Below the pieces are notes generated by a model. That model ran no database searches. It was not told the DNA's origin and worked only from the letters and a program-made list of their open reading frames with translations. 53,919 bases of DNA. Origin: a virus (taxonomy: Duplodnaviria; Caudoviricetes). The DNA is taken from positions 1 through 53,919 of IMG/VR virus record IMGVR_UViG_3300032240_000787; one strand, given 5' to 3'. This document shows, one piece after another, positions 27,035-37,217 of the stretch (position 1 is its first letter; every line of letters begins with the position of its first letter). Made by a program: the position numbers and the translations under genes.

Positions 27035-28470
27035 CGCTGGCGCTGGACATCCTGCTGGACGACAAGACCCAGCGCGAATACAGCGCCATGACGCCTTATG
27101 GGCAGGCGGCATTCAACTGGCAGTTCAAGTGGCTCAACGAGCAGGCGCTCAAGCACCAGATCGAGCCGTCGGGCGACTGGTGGAACATTTGGCTGTTGCT
27201 GGCTGGCCGTGGAGCCGGTAAGACCCGGGCCGCTGCTGAGACGCTGGCCGCATGGGCATGGGAGCAACCGGGCACTCGATGGCTCGTCTCCGCCCCCACG
27301 AGCGGCGACTTGAAGTCCACATGCTTTGAGGGCGACTCAGGCCTAATCAAAGTGATTCCACCCCTGCTGGTGGCAAAGTACAACTCGTCCCTGCACGAGA
27401 TCACACTGGTCAACGGGAGCCTGATCAAAGGGATTCCAGCGTCGGAGCCTGACCGCTTCCGGGGGCCGCAGTTCCATGGCGGCTGGCTGGACGAACTGGC
27501 GGCTTGGGAGTACCTGCGCGAGTCGTGGGACATGATTCAATTCGGCATCCGTCTGGGCACGCGCACCAAGCTGATCTGCTCGACGACGCCCAAGCCCAAG
27601 GAAGTGGTGCTGGAACTCATTGGCCGCGAGGGCGACGACGTGGCGATCACCCGCGCCAGCACATACAGCAACATCAAGAACCTTGCGCCGTCGTTCCAGA
27701 AGCAGATCCTGCAGTATGAGGGGACGAACCTCGGGCGGCAGGAGATCCATGCGGAGATCATCGACCCGGAGGAGGGCGGCATCGTCAAGCGCGACTGGTT
27801 CCGCCTGTGGCCATCGAACAAGCCGTTTCCCAAGCTGGAGTACATCATCCAGTCCTACGACTGCGCCACGAGCGACAAGACGATCAACGACCCGACAGGG
27901 TGCATCACGCTGGGTGCATTCAAGCCGCTGGATGGCGGTATGTGCGTCATGGTGCTGGACTGCTGGCAGGAGCACCTGCAGTACCCAGACCTGCGCCCCA
28001 AGGTGATCGACGAGTACGAGGTGGTCTACGGCGAAGGCAAGGACAAGAAGCGGGTCGACCTACTGCTGGTGGAGGACAAGAGCGCTGGCATCTCGCTGAT
28101 ACAGGACTTGCAACGCGCCCACCTGCCTGTGCACGCCTACAACCCGGGCCGCGCCGACAAGATCCAGCGCCTGTCCATCGTGGCCAACATCATCAAGGCC
28201 GGTCGAGTCTGGGTGCCGGAGAGCAGCAACAAGAAGGGCTATGTCAAGGACTGGGCCGAGGGCATGGTCAGCCAGATCTGCAGCTTCCCAGAGGGCACGG
28301 TGCATGACGAGTTCGTGGACTGCATCAGCCAAGGCCTGCGGTACATGCGCGACGCCGGGTGGATCAGCATCGACGCACCACCCCGGGACGATCTCGACGA
28401 GGACGACATCTTCGACGCCGACGAGTACAACCAACGGGCACGGGCCATGACGAACCCGTACTCGCAGTGA
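27031..28470 (+). CDS. terL: Terminase large subunit
   Basis: AGRGAGKT Walker A, WLDE Walker B, STTP, SYD, VEDKSAG, HDEFVD nuclease motifs. Confidence 0.95.
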   Translation: MTLALDILLDDKTQREYSAMTPYGQAAFNWQFKWLNEQALKHQIEPSGDWWNIWLLLAGRGAGKTRAAAETLAAWAWEQPGTRWLVSAPTSGDLKSTCFEGDSGLIKVIPPLLVAKYNSSLHEITLVNGSLIKGIPASEPDRFRGPQFHGGWLDELAAWEYLRESWDMIQFGIRLGTRTKLICSTTPKPKEVVLELIGREGDDVAITRASTYSNIKNLAPSFQKQILQYEGTNLGRQEIHAEIIDPEEGGIVKRDWFRLWPSNKPFPKLEYIIQSYDCATSDKTINDPTGCITLGAFKPLDGGMCVMVLDCWQEHLQYPDLRPKVIDEYEVVYGEGKDKKRVDLLLVEDKSAGISLIQDLQRAHLPVHAYNPGRADKIQRLSIVANIIKAGRVWVPESSNKKGYVKDWAEGMVSQICSFPEGTVHDEFVDCISQGLRYMRDAGWISIDAPPRDDLDEDDIFDADEYNQRARAMTNPYSQ

Positions 28471-28487
28471 GTGGAATCGGATTCCAC
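28471..28487. repeat. 17-bp palindrome copy 4
   Basis: GTGGAATCGGATTCCAC immediately after the terL stop, intergenic. Confidence 0.95.
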
Positions 28488-28569
28488 CTGACTGGAAACT
28501 GACTCAGGCCGGGTGTGGACTGAGTCAGCGGGGGAAGGCATAATCGGTCAACATCCCACGAGGGCACCC

Positions 28570-31500
28570 ATGGCAAAGAAACCTTACCGCGACCCGAAGA
28601 CCACCAAGATTGAGGACTGGAAGTGGAAGGAACTGCCTGCCGTTCTCAAATCTGTGCCGCTGACGGCAATTCCCGACTACATCCAGAAGGGGTATGGCGG
28701 CTTCATGAACGAGCAACTGTCGCGTGCCAAGGCCGGAGAGTTGACTCCCCGGGATCTGCTCAAGGCATACACCATCACCCAGTCGAGCATTGGCCGTGGT
28801 GGACTGTCACATGCGACGGCCACCAAGACTGGCATGCGCCTGCCAAACACCGGCGAAGAAATCAGGCCGGAAGGTGCGTTCGCTGAGTGGCTTGGGTCGC
28901 CCATGGGCCAAAAGTATTTGGACATGGCGTCGCGTGGTGAAGTTGACCCACGGGTGCTGAGTGACATCCAGCAGAAGTTCGCCCCGTTTGGCAAGCAGAA
29001 CCAACTGGCCGAGCAGATGACATATGCGGTGCAAAACATGCCGGGCATGGCCAAGACATTAAACAGCGCCATTACCGGGCCGACTGAAGACTACCGGGAC
29101 TGGGCGGAGCAGATGAAGGGCATTGCAGGGGCCAAATCGGGCTTTGTAGGCTCGATGTTGGGCCGGGGTGACTTACCTACACTGGACGCCCGTCAATTGA
29201 ACCTACACGCCCTTCCGGCCAATGTGGGCATCTCGTCGATCATGAACCGTGGCAAGGGCAAGGGCGCTCGTGAGGCTGTTGACCGCCTAATTGCGCGGCA
29301 GAATGCCATGGGGTTATCAATTGACCCGTCTCTCAAGCCGCACTACCAGCATTTGGCGCATCATGCTGTGTGGGATGCTGTGGGCAACAACCAGACAACG
29401 CACGGCGACATCATCAAAGCTATGCGCGGGTATGACAAAGGCGGACGAGCAGAGCCAACGCAAGAGCAGATGCTTGCAGAACTCCAGCAAGCCAACCGCC
29501 CATACTTCGGTGGTGCTGGCACCAAAAAGTACGCTGGAGCCAAGAAACGCGCAGAGCAGGCTGACGTGAACCTGTTGCCCGATCCCAAGACTTATGCGGC
29601 GGTGCAGGGCTTCCTTGGCACGCCACCCAACGAGCAGGGCTTCAGCGTCCTGCACCCCGACGCGGCAGGCATCCGGCAGGCAGGCGAGGCAGGCTTCTAC
29701 GGCGGCATCGGAACGCAGTTGTTGCCCCTTGCAAGCGCCCTAAAGACTCGTGTTGGACAGTTGCCCCCAGCCGACCCACGCATGCGTCAGGCTGGCGTCA
29801 TCAAGCTGCCGGGAGGCAACTGGCTGAGTGGTAGCGTAGAAAAGTCATTGGCTGATCTAAAGCGCCCTGACCGTGCAACTGGTGGTCGAAGTGACCCCAA
29901 AGCAAGTATGGCTGAGATGAAGGCTACATACACGCCAGAAGTCCTTGCAACTATGTCGCCTGAGACAAAAGCGCATGTTGCAACAGCCATGCAGGATTTA
30001 GAGCGCAAGATTGCTTTGAATGATTGGGTCGACCGCAACCTGACCAACTACGTCAAGAAGCAGATGGCCACGCCGGACGACCCGGTGCGCAAGCTGGCCG
30101 AGCAAGGCATATTGCATAAACCTCAGGCACCATATTCCTATCAAAACGCCACTGAAGCCGCAAAGAAAAGAGAAGCCTATGGCGGCAGTAGGCAAGCACA
30201 ATCCAATTTGGCAAGGCAATGGGAAGATGAGTCCGACTTAGCCATCAATGCGCCGACTGCAAGTACCATCAGGACAAATGAATCCCTGTATCGGGACAAC
30301 CCATGGATTGAGAAACTGTCGCCGGAAGATCGCGTTTATGTGTTGAACAAACCGGGTTATCGAGAGCCTGAAATCAATAGCCTTGGCTTCGACCACATCA
30401 TGGACGTACTCCGCGAAGATGTCGCCGCTGGGCGCATCCGCCCTGAGCAGTTGAACAAGGTCAGCATGGAGCAGGCAGTGCGCCGTACCCATGAGTACGA
30501 CCAAGAGATAGCCAAGAGGATGCGTGAAGCCGCCATCAAGAACACTGAGGGCATGCCCGTCCACAAGGAGTACCCAGAGGGCTACAAGTGGATTGAATTA
30601 AAGTTGCCAGAAGCCAAAGTGCCAGAGGGGGCAACATGGGAAGAGTACAACGGCATTCAACGTCTTTTTGGCCCTAAAGGCGAGTCACTTAGTTTGGGCG
30701 CTACCAAAGATGAGGCAATCAAATTATTGAATCGGGAAGAGCGTGAAAAGGTTCTTGAGGACGCCTTGAAGTACGAAGGCGAGACCATGGGCCACTGCGT
30801 TGGCGGGTACTGCCCTGACGTGCTGGAAGGCCGCTCCCGCATTTATTCCCTGCGTGATGCCAAGGGTGAGCCGCATGTGACAATTGAGACCGAGCCAAAC
30901 CCACAACCATATCCTGTCAGCGGAGAAGCGTTTGCCATGCTTCCGCAGGCAACCAAGGCTCAGTATGGGCAACATGTGCGCGAGTGGCGGCAACGCAACC
31001 CTCACATTCAAGAGTTGACAGACGAGCACACAGCGCAGGCTTTACGTGAAGCTGGTGTGCCGCCTTTGCCTGATCGCATCGTCCAGATCAAGGGCAAGCA
31101 GAATGCCGCACCCAAAGAAGACTACCTGCCGTTCGTGCAGGACTTTGTGAGGGGCGGTAACTGGTCTAAAGTTGGTGACTTCCATAACACTGGCCTAATT
31201 CGCAAGAGTGACTTGATTGACAAGTTTTCGCCAGATGAGTTGGACGCAATTGGCGCTGGAGAATACTTAACTAAAGCCGAGCATGATGATTTATTGCTCA
31301 AGGCATTGCAGCCACCACTTGAAGGCAAGAAGCGTGGCGGCGTGGTTAAGATGGTCAAGGGCAGCGACCAGATGGCAATTGACGCGATGAATTTGGCCAC
31401 ATGCGGCTGCAACGTACAACACAAAGCCGATGGAGGCACCGTGAAACCATTCGATTACGAGAACCCCAGTCACGTTCAAAACGTGGCGAACATTGCGGCC

Positions 31501-34308
31501 AAGCACCGCGACTTCAACAAGATCCCTGATGTGGCCAAGCACTTGGCCGGATCCCTGTCGCAGGGCAGCTACAAGATCATTGAAGACCCCCGCATTCAGA
31601 GCGCCATCAAGCAGGCTGGCCACAGCGGTTACTTCATTAACCACAAGAACGGCAAACAGCAAATTGTCCAGAAGGCTGACGGCGGCATGGTGAGTTCAAT
31701 TGAGCAAATGAAGGCTCAAATGATGGCACGTCGGGCACCGGCTTCACTGAGCCAACTGCAGTCCATTGGCGTAAACGAAGCCCCAAGCCTTGGCGTGAAG
31801 GCTTATGTGCCCCCTCGTGGCCAATCCATGGATGGCACGATGCCTTTTGGCGGCGTGGACATGAGCAGACTCAACCCCGGGCAACAACTGATGTCTGCAC
31901 AGCCGCCTCAGCAGCCCCAAGGCGCTCCCGGTGGCCCTCAGGCTGGCCCCAGCGGCCCTACGCCGCCCATGGGCAACATGTTGCAGATGACCCCACAGGG
32001 CCAAGCAATGGCCGCTATGGGCGGCAACCAGCCACCACAGCAGCCTCCCCAGCAACCCCCGCAGGGCATGGCCGATGGTGGCGGCGTGAATGGCAACATC
32101 CAGTTGAATGTGCCCTTCTCGACCGGCGGGAACAACAATCAATCCAGTCAGTCTGGTCAGGTGACATCACTGAGCGACATGGTGGGAAGCAACTCACTAA
32201 TGCCCCAGCCGTACCAACAGCCATCTTCCAATGACCAGCAGTCGTCCCAACAGAACGACCAGCAGTCCTACCAGCAGGACGCACAGCAAAGCGACCAAAT
32301 CCCGCAGTCGGGCATGGATCGCACGCCCATTGGCGACAAGACGGGTGGCCCCATCGGATATGCAGGCGGTGGCCGCACAAGGATGCCATCTGTTGACCAG
32401 ATGAAAATGGAGTTGTCCAACAAAAAAAAAGTTCCGTGCATGACGGACAGTCATGGCTACGCTGATGGTGGTCAAGTGTTTGAAGAGACCGAGCCGCCCA
32501 AGCAGACCGTGAAGGCGTACAAGCTGTTCCGTGCCGACAAAAAGAAGCCCGGGAAACTGTTTCCGTTGTTTGTGGACGCCAACACGCCCGTTGAGATGGG
32601 CAAATGGCTGGCCGCAAAAGAAGGCGAGATGCGCGGCAACAAGGTCAAATCCAAGATCGGCGACCTCGCGTACCGTCCGGGCTGGCATGCAGGCGACCTG
32701 CCCATTGCCACCCACATCGGCGAGAAGTCTCACCCCAAGCTGACCGCTCCTGACGCTCGTCCTGAGCACCATGTGTGGGCCGAAGTGGAGATGCCCCACG
32801 ATGTTGACTGGCAGTCAGAAGCCAACAAGCGCGGAACAAACACCCGTGGAAACATTATCCCGGTGAAGGCGCACATCACTGACCAGATCCCTCACGGTGG
32901 CCACTACCGTTACAAGACCAACCCCAACATGACCGGCAATTGGCTGATCGGTGGGGCAATGAAGGTCAATCGCGTGCTGTCGGACGCCGAAGTCAAGAAG
33001 ATCAACAAAGCCGCTGGCACTGCAGACCTGCCCCGCTTGAAAAAGCAAAAGCTGTCCGACTTTGGATTTTCCAATGGCGGTAGCACCACCAAGGGGTATG
33101 TCACTCACACTCCGCTCAATCCGCACCCGGAGGTCGGAAATCGCTTTGTGGCAACGCCTCAAGGCAACCTTGCAAACCGCAAAAATTTCAACATTGAAAA
33201 ATACGAGAACAAAGGTTCAATTGTTCCAATCCCATACGATGCGACGACCCGCGACATGCTGGTGTCGGAAATCTCCGGCCACCAACTGCAACGCCCCTTG
33301 TTGACCGAGGGCGGTTTTGATTACTCGCTGGACAAGGGAAACATGGCTCAAAACATTGGCGGAGCATCTAATCTTGGGATTGCCAGCCGTGTGCAAAAGC
33401 GTGTTGACCAAGCCGCACAAGAGCATCCCGGTGATGTTTTTCTTGTGCCAAACACAATGAGCGACAGCGATTTGGTGAAGAACTATCCAGAGAACTTTTC
33501 TCACCACCCCGTCCACATCATCATGGACTTGATGGAACAACGCCAACTGAACAAAAAAACCCTTGACGCTTTGACCAAAGACCTGCGCAGTCAAGTTGAA
33601 CTTGTCAGAACGCCAAAGGGGATTGTCAAAACCCAGCCGTACAAAAACTTTGTCGGCTTCGGTCATCCTGAAATGCACGACCAGATCAGGTTTGGCGGCA
33701 GAAATTTGGAAACAACCGCTGGCAATTTGCGCAAAAAGATTGTGGAGCGACTGGGTCAAGTCAACATGCAAAAGCTGTTGGACTACAACATTGGCGACGT
33801 GCGTGCTGGCATCCTTGATCCCAACATCATGACCGACCCCAAGGCATACATGGGCCACACATTTGTGAAGGCAAAACCCGGAGCGCCACTGCGTCTGAGC
33901 AAACATGGCTCTTACGACACCGACTACACCGGCAAGAATATGGGCGGCATGGGAGGCAACCGCCCTCTCGAAATTATGATGCCTGATGTGTATGAGGACA
34001 TTGAAAAAGAACTTTTGCAACGTCCAAAAAAGAGCGAAAAATCATCTTTACAGCAACGTGCTCAGGTGGTTGGCGCACTGGAAAAGCGCAAAGAGCGTTT
34101 TGCCCAGCCAATCAATGCCCGTGTTATCAACAACGCTGGCCTGTACGAGGAAGGGTTACGCAACGGCGAGTTCGACCCAAAGAGCATTGAATCTGTTTTG
34201 GCGTATTTCAAACGCAAGGGCGGATACAAAAAGGGCGGAAAGGTTAAACTTCACGCCAATCAAGACACCATGGCCCTTGAACTGAGCCGTAAGAAGAAAG
34301 CCAAATGA
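28570..34308 (+). CDS. Large polyvalent protein (~1912 aa): HhH-GPD-like, PcfJ-like, Q/P-rich, ART-like and unknown domains separated by xxxGG motifs
   Basis: KGIAGAKSGF..GDLPTLD; EGETMGHCVGGY..IYSLRD..VTIE..QIKG; AYKLFR..RPGWH..VWAEVE; between terL and portal. Confidence 0.7.
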   Translation: MAKKPYRDPKTTKIEDWKWKELPAVLKSVPLTAIPDYIQKGYGGFMNEQLSRAKAGELTPRDLLKAYTITQSSIGRGGLSHATATKTGMRLPNTGEEIRPEGAFAEWLGSPMGQKYLDMASRGEVDPRVLSDIQQKFAPFGKQNQLAEQMTYAVQNMPGMAKTLNSAITGPTEDYRDWAEQMKGIAGAKSGFVGSMLGRGDLPTLDARQLNLHALPANVGISSIMNRGKGKGAREAVDRLIARQNAMGLSIDPSLKPHYQHLAHHAVWDAVGNNQTTHGDIIKAMRGYDKGGRAEPTQEQMLAELQQANRPYFGGAGTKKYAGAKKRAEQADVNLLPDPKTYAAVQGFLGTPPNEQGFSVLHPDAAGIRQAGEAGFYGGIGTQLLPLASALKTRVGQLPPADPRMRQAGVIKLPGGNWLSGSVEKSLADLKRPDRATGGRSDPKASMAEMKATYTPEVLATMSPETKAHVATAMQDLERKIALNDWVDRNLTNYVKKQMATPDDPVRKLAEQGILHKPQAPYSYQNATEAAKKREAYGGSRQAQSNLARQWEDESDLAINAPTASTIRTNESLYRDNPWIEKLSPEDRVYVLNKPGYREPEINSLGFDHIMDVLREDVAAGRIRPEQLNKVSMEQAVRRTHEYDQEIAKRMREAAIKNTEGMPVHKEYPEGYKWIELKLPEAKVPEGATWEEYNGIQRLFGPKGESLSLGATKDEAIKLLNREEREKVLEDALKYEGETMGHCVGGYCPDVLEGRSRIYSLRDAKGEPHVTIETEPNPQPYPVSGEAFAMLPQATKAQYGQHVREWRQRNPHIQELTDEHTAQALREAGVPPLPDRIVQIKGKQNAAPKEDYLPFVQDFVRGGNWSKVGDFHNTGLIRKSDLIDKFSPDELDAIGAGEYLTKAEHDDLLLKALQPPLEGKKRGGVVKMVKGSDQMAIDAMNLATCGCNVQHKADGGTVKPFDYENPSHVQNVANIAAKHRDFNKIPDVAKHLAGSLSQGSYKIIEDPRIQSAIKQAGHSGYFINHKNGKQQIVQKADGGMVSSIEQMKAQMMARRAPASLSQLQSIGVNEAPSLGVKAYVPPRGQSMDGTMPFGGVDMSRLNPGQQLMSAQPPQQPQGAPGGPQAGPSGPTPPMGNMLQMTPQGQAMAAMGGNQPPQQPPQQPPQGMADGGGVNGNIQLNVPFSTGGNNNQSSQSGQVTSLSDMVGSNSLMPQPYQQPSSNDQQSSQQNDQQSYQQDAQQSDQIPQSGMDRTPIGDKTGGPIGYAGGGRTRMPSVDQMKMELSNKKKVPCMTDSHGYADGGQVFEETEPPKQTVKAYKLFRADKKKPGKLFPLFVDANTPVEMGKWLAAKEGEMRGNKVKSKIGDLAYRPGWHAGDLPIATHIGEKSHPKLTAPDARPEHHVWAEVEMPHDVDWQSEANKRGTNTRGNIIPVKAHITDQIPHGGHYRYKTNPNMTGNWLIGGAMKVNRVLSDAEVKKINKAAGTADLPRLKKQKLSDFGFSNGGSTTKGYVTHTPLNPHPEVGNRFVATPQGNLANRKNFNIEKYENKGSIVPIPYDATTRDMLVSEISGHQLQRPLLTEGGFDYSLDKGNMAQNIGGASNLGIASRVQKRVDQAAQEHPGDVFLVPNTMSDSDLVKNYPENFSHHPVHIIMDLMEQRQLNKKTLDALTKDLRSQVELVRTPKGIVKTQPYKNFVGFGHPEMHDQIRFGGRNLETTAGNLRKKIVERLGQVNMQKLLDYNIGDVRAGILDPNIMTDPKAYMGHTFVKAKPGAPLRLSKHGSYDTDYTGKNMGGMGGNRPLEIMMPDVYEDIEKELLQRPKKSEKSSLQQRAQVVGALEKRKERFAQPINARVINNAGLYEEGLRNGEFDPKSIESVLAYFKRKGGYKKGGKVKLHANQDTMALELSRKKKAK

Positions 34309-36827
34309 TGGACGAACTCGACCCAACTTTGGAGCCTCAGGTCGCCGAGCAGGACGATGGCAGTGCCATTGTCGATCTGCCCGAAATCCAGATGGAAGAG
34401 CAGCCCGACGGGTCTGCCATTGTCACCTTGGACGACGGCCCGGAGGAGAACCCGGACTTTTACTCCAACATGGCCGAATCGTATGACGACTACGAACTGG
34501 GCCGACTAGCGATGCGCTACCTCGACCTCTTGGAAAAAGACAAGAGTGCTCGACAGCAACGCGACAAGCAGTACGAAGAGGGCATCAAGCGCACTGGCAT
34601 GGGCAATGACGCCCCGGGTGGCGCTACCTTCATGGGCGCGTCCAAGGTGGTTCACCCAGCCATGGCAGAGGGCTGTGTGGACTTTGCGGCCAAAGCCATC
34701 AAAGAGATGTTCCCGCCTGATGGCCCTGTCCGCACCAAAGTGCTGGGCAAGATGGACGAGTTGAAGCAGGAGAAATCAGAGCGCAAGCGTGATTTCCTGA
34801 ACTGGCAGATCACCGAGCAGATTGAAGAGTTCCGTGACGAGCAAGAGCAACTGCTGACTCAACTGCCTCTGGGCGGCTCACAGTACTTCAAGCTGTGGTT
34901 TGACGAGCAGAAGAAGCGCCCATGCGTGGAGTTTTTGCCAATCGACCGGGTGATCCTACCGTTCGCCGCCACCAACTTCTACACCGCCCAGCGTGCGGCT
35001 GAAGTCCACGAGATCACCGAGTACGAGTTCAAGCGTCGGGTATCTGGCGGCATGTACCGTGACATCAATCTAGTGTCTTCGACCATGGAGCCGGAGCAGA
35101 CCAAGTCACAAAAAGCCAACGACAAAATTGAAGGCAAAAAGTGGGAAGACAACGAGGACGGCCTGCGCGAGGTCTACCACGTCTATACCCATCTGGAGTT
35201 GGGGTACGACAAGTACAGCAAGGGTGAGATGGCCCCGTACATCCTCATGATTGACAAGTTGGATCAAGAGGTGGTTGGCCTGTACCGCAACTGGGAAGAA
35301 GAAGACGAGACCATGTCCAAGCTGGACTGGATTGTGGAGTTCAAGTTCATCCCATGGCGCGGTGTCTATGCCATCGGCCTGCCCCATCTGATCGGTGGCC
35401 TGAGCGCGGCCTTGACCGGCTCCCTGCGTGCTTTGCTGGACAGCGCACACATCAACAACGCCGCCACGATGCTGAAGTTGAAGGGCGCAAAGATGTCTGG
35501 CCAGAGCCAGCAGGTTGATGTGACCCAGATCGTGGAGATCGAAGGCGCACCCGGCGTGCAAGACATCCGCCAGATCGCTATGCCCATGCCGTTCAACCCG
35601 CCCAGCGAGGTGCTTTTTAAGCTGCTGGGCTGGCTTGATCAAGCGGCCAAGGGGGTTGTGTCCACCAGCGAGGAAAAGATCGCTGACGTGAACTCCAATG
35701 CACCTGTGGGCACCACTCAGGCTTTGATTGAGCAGGGCGCGGCGGTGTTCTCGTCAATCCACGCCCGTCTGCATGAGTCGCAAGCCCGTGTGCTGAAGAT
35801 CTTGTGCCGCCTCAACCGCTGGCACTTTGAAGAGATGCGCAAGGGCGACATAGTTGCCGATCTGGAAATCAACCGAGAAGACTTTCAGAAGAACACCGAC
35901 GTCATCCCGGTGTCTGACCCTCACATCTTCAGCGAAACCCAGCGCATGGCCCAAATGCAGGCCGTGCTGGCGCTGGCTGAGAAGCATCCCGAAAACTTTG
36001 ACATGAATGCTGTGTTGAGCCGTTCGCTCAAGCAGATGAAGATCCCCAACATCAACGAGTTGATGAAGGACGTGCCAGCCCCCGAGCAACGCACCTCTGC
36101 GGACGAGAACGCCGCCATGCTGATTGGCCAGCCGTCCTATGCGTATATGCAACAGGATCACATTGCGCACATTCAGGATCACCTGCAGTTCGCCATGAAC
36201 CCGTTCTTGGGCCAGTCGCCATTTGCGGATCCCAACTACCTGAACAACCTGATCGAGCACCTGAAACAGCACATGACGCTTTGGTACCTGAACCGAAGCA
36301 ACGGCTATGTGGCTCAGACTCGCGGTGGAAAACCTGTGGACAACTACGACAACCCAGTTTTGACTGGCACCATCGACCAGTTGTACACCACGGTCGGCGC
36401 TCACGTTCTGCTGGACACCAAAGATGTGTTCCAACAGTTCCAGCCAGCGTTCCAGCAACTCATTCAGCAGGCTCAACAGCGCAAACAGCAGCCCCAGCCA
36501 CTGCCGCCGGACGCACAGGTGGTCAAGGACACCAGCATGGCCGAAACCCAGCGCAAAGCGCAGGCAGACCAGCAACGTGCCCAAGAGGCGCAGGCCAAGA
36601 TTGCCGCACAGGCCGCAGAGCACGACAAAGAAATATCGGCCAAAATTGCCATTGAGAATGCCAAACTCACCGGGCAAGTGATTCAAGAGAATGTTGCCCA
36701 GCAAAACGCCATGCAGATGCACAGTGTGGAGCAAAACAACGACATGCAAAAGCATATGATGGATGCTATGCAACAACCCGCAGCACCTGCTGCACAACCT
36801 CAAGGAGTGCCAAATGGCAGTGTCTGA
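34305..36827 (+). CDS. Portal protein
   Basis: 840 aa; VVHPAMAE, GSQYFKLWFD, GLPHLIGGL, APVGTT; Q-rich C-terminal barrel; position. Confidence 0.88.
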   Translation: MMDELDPTLEPQVAEQDDGSAIVDLPEIQMEEQPDGSAIVTLDDGPEENPDFYSNMAESYDDYELGRLAMRYLDLLEKDKSARQQRDKQYEEGIKRTGMGNDAPGGATFMGASKVVHPAMAEGCVDFAAKAIKEMFPPDGPVRTKVLGKMDELKQEKSERKRDFLNWQITEQIEEFRDEQEQLLTQLPLGGSQYFKLWFDEQKKRPCVEFLPIDRVILPFAATNFYTAQRAAEVHEITEYEFKRRVSGGMYRDINLVSSTMEPEQTKSQKANDKIEGKKWEDNEDGLREVYHVYTHLELGYDKYSKGEMAPYILMIDKLDQEVVGLYRNWEEEDETMSKLDWIVEFKFIPWRGVYAIGLPHLIGGLSAALTGSLRALLDSAHINNAATMLKLKGAKMSGQSQQVDVTQIVEIEGAPGVQDIRQIAMPMPFNPPSEVLFKLLGWLDQAAKGVVSTSEEKIADVNSNAPVGTTQALIEQGAAVFSSIHARLHESQARVLKILCRLNRWHFEEMRKGDIVADLEINREDFQKNTDVIPVSDPHIFSETQRMAQMQAVLALAEKHPENFDMNAVLSRSLKQMKIPNINELMKDVPAPEQRTSADENAAMLIGQPSYAYMQQDHIAHIQDHLQFAMNPFLGQSPFADPNYLNNLIEHLKQHMTLWYLNRSNGYVAQTRGGKPVDNYDNPVLTGTIDQLYTTVGAHVLLDTKDVFQQFQPAFQQLIQQAQQRKQQPQPLPPDAQVVKDTSMAETQRKAQADQQRAQEAQAKIAAQAAEHDKEISAKIAIENAKLTGQVIQENVAQQNAMQMHSVEQNNDMQKHMMDAMQQPAAPAAQPQGVPNGSV

Positions 36828-36963
36828 ACAAGAGCAAAAGAGCATCAACGTGCCCCAGCACAAGCGTCTCGCCATGGGTGAGAAGCTGACCGGCCAGAGC
36901 ATGAAGTCGGGCAACAACGGATCCAAGCCGCAAGGCGGTTTGGCTCAAGCCAAGAAAAAATGA
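36814..36963 (+). CDS. Small basic protein (49 aa)
   Basis: AAGGAG RBS; NVPQHKRLAMG. Confidence 0.65.
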   Translation: MAVSEQEQKSINVPQHKRLAMGEKLTGQSMKSGNNGSKPQGGLAQAKKK

Positions 36964-37139
36964 TTCCATTGGTTATCCATGTGATTAAACTGCGACAGGC
37001 AGAGATTGCGCATTCCCTCGCCTTGGGAACCGCATTCAACTGGGAGTCGTACCAGCGCATGGTCGGTGAGCATCAGGGACTGCAGTACGTCCTTGACTCC
37101 ATTGACAAGATGCTGGATGAAGAACGAAATCAAGAATAA
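36960..37139 (+). CDS. Small head-module protein (59 aa; not in ORF track)
   Basis: MIPLVIHVIKLRQAEIAHSLALG..WESYQRMVGEHQGL; ATGA overlap. Confidence 0.7.
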   Translation: MIPLVIHVIKLRQAEIAHSLALGTAFNWESYQRMVGEHQGLQYVLDSIDKMLDEERNQE

Positions 37140-37217
37140 GCCCCACTCCGGGGCCGAGGCCGCACTGCAAAGTGCTTTAACGATGCACCTGAAATATGGT
37201 GTTTTAGGAGAGTGAGT

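Noticed and set aside
27031-28470. Intein or intron in terL, helicase or portal; alternative genetic code
   Set aside because: Proteins have normal lengths and contiguous motifs, and genes tile densely under the standard code.
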